A DNA stretch of 4,795 nt from a virus (Duplodnaviria > Heunggongvirae > Uroviricota > Caudoviricetes). The notes beneath the pieces were generated by a model. It saw only the letters and a program-made list of their open reading frames with translations. It did no database searches and was not told the DNA's origin. The translations under genes were made by a program, and so were the position numbers. The DNA lies in IMG/VR virus record IMGVR_UViG_3300039313_000010; one strand, given 5' to 3'. Position 1 is the first letter of the stretch; every line of letters starts with the position of its first letter. Shown here piece by piece: positions 1 to 4,693 of the stretch.

Positions 1-530
1 CTTGAGCCATCAGGCGCGTCAGCAGGAGCATCAATGGCATAGCGCGGTGCCAGATTCGGTAAGCCAACAGCCTCCTGGAGTTTCTGACAGGCACCAAGCA
101 CAGATGAGTTAGACAGGTTTAACTCCCGACGCATAAAGTCCAGCAGAATCACACCAGCCTGCATCTTGTCAGCAGCCTGTCCGGATAATTTTTCCGGTGC
201 GCTGGTTACCATGTCGAAAGTGCGGATCACCTTCAGATGGAATGACGGGCTGATCCACATTGCATAGGCATACACCAGTTCTTTGCAGACATACGTCCCC
301 TGGTTATTTCCGCCATTAATAACGCTAACTGGTTGATTCTTTTCCAGAGGCGGAATTCCACCCTCGGTGAAAAGTTGTTCAATCAGTTCACAGGTTTGCT
401 TATTGGAGAGCCAGTATTTCGGGCGGTTTTTTTGTTCTCCCCCGGCAGCCCGATGCAGATCGTTCAGGCTGTAACGCCCATAAGCATCACGACGAACTTC
501 AATACCATCAATGACCATCAGATTATTCAT
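1..530 (-). CDS. KilA-N domain protein (phage antirepressor-like); N-terminal 176 codons only, ORF runs off the window start
   Basis: Own minus-strand translation from ATG at 530-528 is open to position 1: MNNLMVIDGIEVRRDAYGRYSLNDLHRAAGGEQKNRPKYWLSNKQTCELIEQLFTEGGIPPLEKNQPVSVINGGNNQGTYVCKELVYAYAMWISPSFHLKVIRTFD... RBS-like AGAGGAG lies 7 nt upstream of the ATG, 17 nt after the rusA stop. Absent from the ORF track because there is no stop in the window. KilA-N assignment is from remembered family pattern, not a search. Confidence 0.7.
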   Translation of the reverse strand, partial: MNNLMVIDGIEVRRDAYGRYSLNDLHRAAGGEQKNRPKYWLSNKQTCELIEQLFTEGGIPPLEKNQPVSVINGGNNQGTYVCKELVYAYAMWISPSFHLKVIRTFDMVTSAPEKLSGQAADKMQAGVILLDFMRRELNLSNSSVLGACQKLQEAVGLPNLAPRYAIDAPADAPDGS

Positions 531-549
531 ACTTCGTTTCTCCTCTTGA

Positions 550-939
550 TCAGGCGGCTGCACCCGCCGTTTTCTCGTACTTACTGATAGTGATCTCGAC
601 CTTCCCTTCCGGGATAACCGGTCCCCACTCCACCAGCATTCTTTTCACCTGACTGTCGTCTTCCCACACACCCGCGTGGGTCAGGGCGTCAAACAGCGCC
701 TTGTTATAGTTGTCCAGATCGCGGATCCGGTTATCCGGTGGAAACAACACGATCTCCACTGCAGCAGGTGCCGACGTTGGTTTCGGCAGACGACGTAACT
801 GCTCAACTATTGCTGCGCACGCCGCGCTCTGGAATTTTCGCCCCGCCGTGCTTATCAGGCTCTTACCAGCAAACGCCCCTTTGTTGGGGTGTCGCCAGTA
901 CGTGTTCACGCTGGGCGGAAAAGGCAGAATAAGCTTCAT
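550..939 (-). CDS. rusA: Crossover junction endodeoxyribonuclease RusA (Holliday junction resolvase)
   Basis: 129-aa ORF with the motifs LPFPPSVNTYWRH, IRDLDNYNKALFDALTHAGVWEDDSQV and GKVEITI, which match E. coli RusA as I remember it. Its ATG (939-937) overlaps the upstream gene's TGA (938-936) as ATGA. Position among nin-like genes of a lambdoid prophage is typical. Confidence 0.9.
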   Translation of the reverse strand: MKLILPFPPSVNTYWRHPNKGAFAGKSLISTAGRKFQSAACAAIVEQLRRLPKPTSAPAAVEIVLFPPDNRIRDLDNYNKALFDALTHAGVWEDDSQVKRMLVEWGPVIPEGKVEITISKYEKTAGAAA

Positions 940-1262
940 ACTTTCAGGCCCCTCTCATGTAACCAGTGGGCTGCACGCAGCCTGGCGTTTTCCTCACCGG
1001 CAAGCAGTGAGCGGATAATCCCGACCGCCTCGCTGTCGTCGTCCTTCACCGCGGTATGAAGCGTTATCCCCCGGGCCACGCCACGCTTTATCGTGATGAC
1101 GCCTTTTTTCTCCAGAGCACGAAGATGCTCCACCGCTGCATTCACCGAACGGTATCCCAGCATGGTTGCCACCTCCTGATTGGTTGGTGGGAAGCCACGT
1201 TCTTTCTGATAAGAAATCAGCATATCCAGCACCTGCTGCTGGCATTGAGTTAACGTCGTCAT
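936..1262 (-). CDS. Stand-alone LexA-like N-terminal DNA-binding domain protein, 108 aa, no S24 peptidase domain
   Basis: MTTLTQCQQQVLDMLISYQKERGFPPTNQEVATMLGYRSVNAAVEHLRALEKKGVITIKRGVARGITL aligns along its length with the E. coli LexA N-terminal domain ([66 protein letters not shown], from memory). The ORF stops about 40 aa after the winged helix; no Ala-Gly cleavage site or Ser/Lys catalytic region follows. Start chosen at ATG 1262-1260, which overlaps the upstream stop as TAATG; the track's in-frame ATG at 1295 is the alternative. Confidence 0.75.
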   Translation of the reverse strand: MTTLTQCQQQVLDMLISYQKERGFPPTNQEVATMLGYRSVNAAVEHLRALEKKGVITIKRGVARGITLHTAVKDDDSEAVGIIRSLLAGEENARLRAAHWLHERGLKV

Positions 1263-1744
1263 TAAGCCCCCACGTAATTCCCTGACAGATACCACTCTTC
1301 ACCCGATGCAGCGCGCTTGCTGCTTTTCCGTAAGCACCGCTCACGACGCGCCAGAAAATTGTTTCGTTCTGGCTGGGAGTGGCTTTCACGGAATGCCGCC
1401 ATCCACACGGTTGCAGCACGACGAAATAAGCCCCTGGACTCCAGTTCTTCCGCCTGGCGGGCTAGGCACAAAATCACCCGCGGGTCGTTAGTGCCGACAT
1501 AGAAATTGCGCACAGGTCTGGTTTCACGAACTGGTTGTGGTTCCTGCGCTCTCTCAGTCAGGCGCGGGAAATGTCTGCGTGTATCTCCTTCACAACGGTG
1601 AGCCACACGCCCACTCTGACGTAACTTGCTTGCTGACTGCAGAACTCGCTGCCGTGAGTAACCAGCAAAAGCATCCGCAATGTCTCCGGAAGTACACCCC
1701 GGATGGGCTTCAATGAATTTCTGAACGTCATTTAACAGACTCAT
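1262..1744 (-). CDS. Hypothetical protein with N-terminal winged-helix-like region and C-terminal PerC-like motif
   Basis: ORF 1262..1750 in the track. Preferred start is ATG 1744-1742 (MSLLNDVQ...), preceded by AGGGGG with a 5-nt spacer; the GTG at 1750 overlapping the upstream TGA is the alternative. C-terminal segment LESRGLFRRAATVWMAAFRESHSQPERNNFLARRERCL resembles the PerC/Pch signature (G-x-W-R-R-A-A-x-x-W ... R-R-x-x-C) as I recall it. Family call is from memory. Confidence 0.6.
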   Translation of the reverse strand: MSLLNDVQKFIEAHPGCTSGDIADAFAGYSRQRVLQSASKLRQSGRVAHRCEGDTRRHFPRLTERAQEPQPVRETRPVRNFYVGTNDPRVILCLARQAEELESRGLFRRAATVWMAAFRESHSQPERNNFLARRERCLRKSSKRAASGEEWYLSGNYVGA

Positions 1745-1746
1745 GA

Positions 1747-2688
1747 TCACCCCCTGAATCCTGCCGGGATCTGGCTGTAGTCCACGTTGTCGTAACTGGC
1801 TTTGAAGTACGGGTCTTCACGTTTTTCTGTGTGCGTGCTGACGGACGGCGATAAGCGCAGGGAAAGCTCATCCCATTTTTCCCGCAACTTCGACGGGCTG
1901 AGCACGTTACGGCACCAGAACGGATCGCGGCTGACGCGGCTGTACATCTCGCAGATTTGTTTGTGAGTACGACCATCCTGCACACACATCAGGCGAATTT
2001 CGTTTGCCCAGGCTGTCCAGTTAGGTTCTTTGGGACGAACCACCTCGCCGTCACATTCGGCGGCCTGCTCGTACAGGGCGATGATTTTTTTCCAGAGCCA
2101 CTGTGCGCAGGTCAAATCATCCTGCGTTCCCCACTGGCGCTTTATAGGGCTGAATACAACCGCATCAGGATGGCGAGTTAAAAACTCCTGTTCAGCCGTC
2201 TGCGTGTCCGGTTGCGAAGCGTCCGGACGAGAAGGTTTTTTATCTGACGGATCATGTTTTGATTTTACTGACGGATCCCCGCCAGATTCTGACGGGTGAA
2301 AACCCGCTTTTTTGCCAGATTTCGACGCATCAAATTTTGACGGGTCAGATTTTGATGCGTCAGATTTTGACGGGTCAGAATCTGACAGTTGAGAAAATGC
2401 CGCTGCCTGAAGCTTCGCAACGTTAAGCTGATAAACATTCGACGCATTGCGGTTACCCTGGCGACGCGCCCTACGCGTTAACCAGCCTTCTGCTTCCAGC
2501 CGTGCGATAGCCGTTCTGACGGTACTCATCCCCGCGCCAATCTGGCGGGCAATGGTTTCAATTGATGGCCAGCACACACCTTCGTCATTACTGAAATCAG
2601 CCAGGCGGGCCATAATTGCCACGCTGGATAATTTCATGCCTGATGCAGCGCAACCATCCCATACATAGCCGGTTAATTTAGTGCTCAT
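1747..2688 (-). CDS. Phage replication initiation protein (lambda O-like): N-terminal HTH domain, iteron-encoded repeat linker, C-terminal domain
   Basis: 313-aa ORF with RBS GAGG 6 nt before ATG 2688. N-terminal segment (SSVAIMARLADFSNDEGVCWPSIETIARQIGAGMSTVRTAIARLEAEGWL) is HTH-like. The central peptide repeat SDPSK/SDASK/SDPSK/FDASK is encoded by 15-bp tandem DNA repeats, the same layout as the lambda O gene carrying ori-lambda iterons. Sits where O sits relative to cro and cII. Confidence 0.85.
   Translation of the reverse strand: MSTKLTGYVWDGCAASGMKLSSVAIMARLADFSNDEGVCWPSIETIARQIGAGMSTVRTAIARLEAEGWLTRRARRQGNRNASNVYQLNVAKLQAAAFSQLSDSDPSKSDASKSDPSKFDASKSGKKAGFHPSESGGDPSVKSKHDPSDKKPSRPDASQPDTQTAEQEFLTRHPDAVVFSPIKRQWGTQDDLTCAQWLWKKIIALYEQAAECDGEVVRPKEPNWTAWANEIRLMCVQDGRTHKQICEMYSRVSRDPFWCRNVLSPSKLREKWDELSLRLSPSVSTHTEKREDPYFKASYDNVDYSQIPAGFRG
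2242..2391. repeat. Iteron array, candidate phage replication origin inside the initiator gene
   Basis: Five exactly phased 15-bp units at 2317, 2332, 2347, 2362 and 2377 (agatttcgacgcatc / aaattttgacgggtc / agattttgatgcgtc / agattttgacgggtc / agaatctgacagttg), plus three degenerate copies at 2242-2298 containing tctgacgg or actgacgg. Each unit has a short GTCA...TGAC dyad. Moderately AT-rich flank at 2231-2270. Confidence 0.65.
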
Positions 2689-2697
2689 GACCGACCT

Positions 2698-3036
2698 CTA
2701 TTTCCCTGAATTTACGACGAAACTGTTCGAGCGGGCTGAAGCACTCATGCTCATAGCCTTCGCGGAGGTAGATAACACGTTGTGTTTCCGGTTCCCAACG
2801 AATGACTCTGACGGGCACTCCGTAGTGATCTTTGAACCAGCGGTTAACTTGTCGCAAAGGACTGTCTCCTTCTGCCGGTTGAAATCACCCACAGCCCACT
2901 CAGCAAAGCTGTGGGTTACAATTTCCCTGTCACCTGGTACATTCACTGCATAGCAATATTCCACCTTCGCTTTTCCACCCGGTACAGGAAGCGCAATCAG
3001 TTGCGAGCGACGGTAGTGTGTTGTTAAACTGTTCAT
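2698..3036 (-). CDS. Hypothetical protein, 112 aa, between the cII-position gene and the replication initiator
   Basis: ATG 3036-3034 overlaps the upstream TGA as ATGA; the stop at 2698-2700 lies 10 nt before the RBS and ATG of the initiator gene, so it fits the operon. No family recognised. A plus-strand ORF (2681..2953) is open antisense to it, so coding strand is not fully certain. Confidence 0.5.
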   Translation of the reverse strand: MNSLTTHYRRSQLIALPVPGGKAKVEYCYAVNVPGDREIVTHSFAEWAVGDFNRQKETVLCDKLTAGSKITTECPSESFVGNRKHNVLSTSAKAMSMSASARSNSFVVNSGK

Positions 3037-3590
3037 GCGTTAGTTTCTCCACAACCAGAAGCAATCGACGCCACGACGCCCGGAGCTGCACACTCGCGGG
3101 CGTCATTACTTTCTGAAACACAAAAGATTTTGTAGACCAGTGCTGCATGCTCCTGCAGCTTCGAAATTGAGAGGTACAGCTCGTCGTTAATTGCTGTCTT
3201 CTCATGCGGTTCCACTACACCGTCTTCGATTGCTGAACGAATCTGTTTTGAATAACTGCCGATCTGTTCAATGACTTCCAGCAGACGCTGGTTAATATCG
3301 GCGTTGTCCACATCCTCGACGTCAGGAAGAGACACAAATACGCCATTTGCAGACTGCGCCACAGCATCAGCAATGAAGTGAGTGCCACCAGCACGCTGTA
3401 AAACCATTGCCCATCCCAGCGGGAAAATCTGATCGCCATCGGCACGAAGGCGGTTAAATAATGCGTTCTCTGTTACGTCCAGCCAGTCAGCAGCTTCAGC
3501 GTACCCCCCCGGCAACGCTGCGATAGTTTTTCTGACAGCTTTCACGTACCACTCAGGCTGTTTTTCTATTTTCCAGTGATGCTTACCCAC
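3033..3590 (-). CDS. Early regulatory-region protein in the cII position (about 185 aa), function uncertain
   Basis: Track ORF 3033..3701. Start trimmed to GTG 3590-3588, which has a strong RBS (GAGGAG, 6-nt spacer) and begins 28 nt after the cro-like stop. The upstream ATGs at 3701 and 3668 have no RBS and would overlap the cro-like gene by 50-80 nt. Resemblance to YdaT-like prophage proteins is a guess from position only. Confidence 0.65.
   Translation of the reverse strand: MGKHHWKIEKQPEWYVKAVRKTIAALPGGYAEAADWLDVTENALFNRLRADGDQIFPLGWAMVLQRAGGTHFIADAVAQSANGVFVSLPDVEDVDNADINQRLLEVIEQIGSYSKQIRSAIEDGVVEPHEKTAINDELYLSISKLQEHAALVYKIFCVSESNDARECAAPGVVASIASGCGETNA
3075..3115 (+). terminator. Candidate intrinsic terminator hairpin on the plus strand (possible oop-like antisense RNA 3' end)
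   Basis: 8-bp GC-rich stem GACGCCCG (3075-3082) pairing with CGGGCGTC (3097-3104), 14-nt loop, then ATTACTTTCTG (6 of 11 T). Only the plus-strand transcript gets a U-rich tail. Lies inside the 3' part of the minus-strand cII-position gene. The T-tract is imperfect. Confidence 0.3.
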
Positions 3591-3618
3591 GGTTAACTCC
3601 TCGTTTCTGTGGTTACGT

Positions 3619-3882
3619 TTACGCAGCTGAACCGCTAACTTTTGAATAGCACTCAGGTAATCCATCATTTGGATTGGGGTAAATATCAGGACGCAGTTCA
3701 TGAGGGGTCACGGACCAGTTTCCCAACTCACAAAGTTGTAAAACCCGTTCTGACGGGACTTGATTGTTAATTACCCAATTAGCGACGGATTGAGTGGACT
3801 TAAAACCAAAGTGACGGGCTACTTCAGATAAAGATTTTCCCGCAGCTTTTACTGCTTTCTCTGTGTAGTTTTGAGATGACAT
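3619..3882 (-). CDS. Cro-like HTH DNA-binding protein (Cro/YdaS-type), first gene of the rightward-equivalent early operon
   Basis: 87-aa ORF with an HTH segment (KSLSEVARHFGFKSTQSVANWV) followed by VPSERVLQLCELGNWSVTPHELRPDIY. RBS GGAGAAAGG lies just upstream of ATG 3882. Divergent from the repressor gene. Confidence 0.8.
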   Translation of the reverse strand: MSSQNYTEKAVKAAGKSLSEVARHFGFKSTQSVANWVINNQVPSERVLQLCELGNWSVTPHELRPDIYPNPNDGLPECYSKVSGSAA

Positions 3883-3890
3883 ACCTTTCT

Positions 3891-3907
3891 CCTCTGAAAT
3901 TCAGAGG
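3891..3907. promoter_or_regulatory. Perfect 17-bp palindrome CCTCTGA-AAT-TCAGAGG overlapping the cro-like RBS
   Basis: 7-bp perfect inverted arms with a 3-bp spacer, read directly. Sequence differs from the other three sites, so it may bind a different protein or form an RNA hairpin in the cro-like 5' UTR. Confidence 0.4.
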
Positions 3908-3912
3908 GATGA

Positions 3913-3929
3913 TGCTACTTAAAATAGCA
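3913..3929. promoter_or_regulatory. Operator-like 17-bp dyad TGCTAC-TTAAA-ATAGCA
   Basis: 5-bp inverted arms TGCTA/TAGCA around cttaaaa. Shares CTAC at positions 3-6 and TAG at 13-15 with the sites at 3936 and 3981. Contains a -10-like hexamer. Confidence 0.45.
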
Positions 3930-3935
3930 GAATAC

Positions 3936-3952
3936 AACTACTTAAAATAGAA
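3936..3952. promoter_or_regulatory. Operator-like 17-bp site AACTACTTAAAATAGAA, weaker dyad
   Basis: Its 13-bp core CTACTTAAAATAG (3938-3950) is an exact direct repeat of 3915-3927, 23 bp away. Immediately precedes ATG 3953. Confidence 0.45.
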
Positions 3953-4693
3953 ATGACTAGCGTATGTGATGCGAGTAACCTTCTACCTATGGTAGAAGAA
4001 CAGAAGTATCCAGATTTCGCCAAGAGACTAAACGAGCTAATGACAAACAAGGGAATTTCTGTCACCCAACTCAAAAGTCTTGTGGGCGTTACATATGAAA
4101 TGGCGCGGCGATACACAATCGGCGCTGCGAAGCCTCGTGCCTCTGTCATGAATAAACTTGCATTGGCTCTGGGGGTATCAGCTTCATATTTAGAATATGG
4201 TGTTGGCGAGAGAGAAGGATGTAAGGAAATGGCAAGCATCCCCAATCCAACAAAACCCGATGTATACAGGATAGAAGTTTTGGATCTTAGCGTTAGCGCA
4301 GGACCTGGAACCTATATGCTTTCAGACTATGTTGATGTGCTCTACGCCATTGAGTTCACAACAGAGCATGCCCGTTCTCTTTTCGGTAATCGTTCTCAAG
4401 ATGATATTAAAGTTATGACTGTAAATGGCGACAGCATGTCCCCTACTCTAGTTTCCGGAGATCGACTGTTTGTCGACATTTCTGTTCGCAACTTCCAAAC
4501 TGATGGTGTTTACTCTTTCGTTTATGGTAAGACGTTCCACGTTAAACGTCTACAAATGCAAGGCAACAAACTCGCCGTTCTTTCGGATAATCCAGCCTAT
4601 GAGAAATGGTACATTGATGAGAAGTCCCAAGATCAACTTTATGTTATGGGCAAAGCATTGATACACGAATCAATTAAATACAACCGGCTTTAG
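3953..4693 (+). CDS. Phage cI-like repressor: N-terminal XRE-type HTH, C-terminal S24 (LexA/CI-type) self-cleaving peptidase domain
   Basis: 246-aa ORF. HTH segment FAKRLNELMTNKGISVTQLKSLVGVTYEMARRY. Candidate Ala-Gly cleavage site in LSVSAGPG. Catalytic Ser motif in MTVNGDSMSPTLVSGDRLFVD and Lys motif in FHVKRLQMQGNKLAVL. No RBS before ATG 3953, which fits a leaderless PRM-type transcript; ATG 3989 (MVEEQKYPDF...) is the alternative start. Confidence 0.9.
   Translation: MTSVCDASNLLPMVEEQKYPDFAKRLNELMTNKGISVTQLKSLVGVTYEMARRYTIGAAKPRASVMNKLALALGVSASYLEYGVGEREGCKEMASIPNPTKPDVYRIEVLDLSVSAGPGTYMLSDYVDVLYAIEFTTEHARSLFGNRSQDDIKVMTVNGDSMSPTLVSGDRLFVDISVRNFQTDGVYSFVYGKTFHVKRLQMQGNKLAVLSDNPAYEKWYIDEKSQDQLYVMGKALIHESIKYNRL
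3981..3997. promoter_or_regulatory. Perfect 17-bp palindrome TTCTACC-TAT-GGTAGAA centred on the in-frame ATG 3989 of the repressor gene
   Basis: 7-bp perfect inverted arms, read directly. Shares the CTAC...TAG half-sites with the two intergenic sites. Its centre is 45 bp from the centre of the 3936-3952 site. Confidence 0.4.

Larger units (their letters stand above)
3883..3952. promoter_or_regulatory. Divergent promoter/operator region between the cro-like and cI-like genes
   Basis: 70-bp AT-rich intergenic region holding three 17-bp dyad sites (3891-3907, 3913-3929, 3936-3952). A -10-like TAAAAT sits inside each of the two central sites on the plus strand, with TATTTT on the minus strand. 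A possible plus-strand promoter TTAAAA(3919-3924)-18-TAAAAT(3943-3948) would start transcription at or near ATG 3953. Confidence 0.6.

Noticed and set aside
251-259. DnaA-box-like TGATCCACA
   Set aside because: Single 8-of-9 match inside the KilA-N coding sequence, far from the iteron array. Likely chance.
333-587. 84-aa plus-strand ORF
   Set aside because: Antisense to the KilA-N gene and the rusA stop region, with no RBS. Shadow ORF.
710-1018. Plus-strand ORFs 710..1018 and 738..932
   Set aside because: Antisense to rusA, which has strong family-level motif support, and no RBS.
1056-1253. 65-aa plus-strand ORF
   Set aside because: Antisense to the LexA-like gene. No RBS and no recognisable features.
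994-1419. 141-aa minus-strand ORF in an alternate frame across the LexA-like and PerC-like genes
   Set aside because: Fully embedded in two better-supported genes that have coupling signals and recognisable motifs. Its translation is Gly/Arg-rich and looks non-native, so it is a likely shadow ORF.
2242-2391. Tandem repeats as a possible CRISPR array
   Set aside because: Units are 15 bp and directly abutting with no spacers, in frame within an ORF, and no cas genes are nearby. Iterons are the better explanation.
1728-2668. Cluster of short ORFs inside the initiator gene (1728..1985 -, 1957..2181 +, 2030..2299 +, 2265..2447 -, 2447..2668 +)
   Set aside because: All are alternate-frame or antisense readings of the 313-aa initiator gene. 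The 2265..2447 one merely reads the iterons in another frame (repetitive LTRQN peptide).
2926-2941. SOS-box-like CTGTcacctggtACAT
   Set aside because: The only near match to CTGT-N8-ACAG in the window. It lacks the AT-rich core and the terminal G, and lies inside a coding region, so it is probably chance.
2930-3445. Minus-strand ORFs 2930..3205 and 3215..3445
   Set aside because: Alternate frames overlapping the cII-position gene and the 112-aa gene. No start context.
3591-3701. Upstream ATG starts (3701, 3668) for the cII-position gene
   Set aside because: They would overlap the cro-like gene by 50-80 nt and have no RBS. GTG 3590 with GAGGAG fits better, though the longer form is not excluded.
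3919-4245. 108-aa minus-strand ORF
   Set aside because: Antisense to the well-supported repressor gene. It would start inside the operator region with no RBS.
4470-4661. 63-aa plus-strand ORF in an alternate frame inside the repressor gene
   Set aside because: Embedded in the repressor's S24 domain coding region. Shadow ORF.
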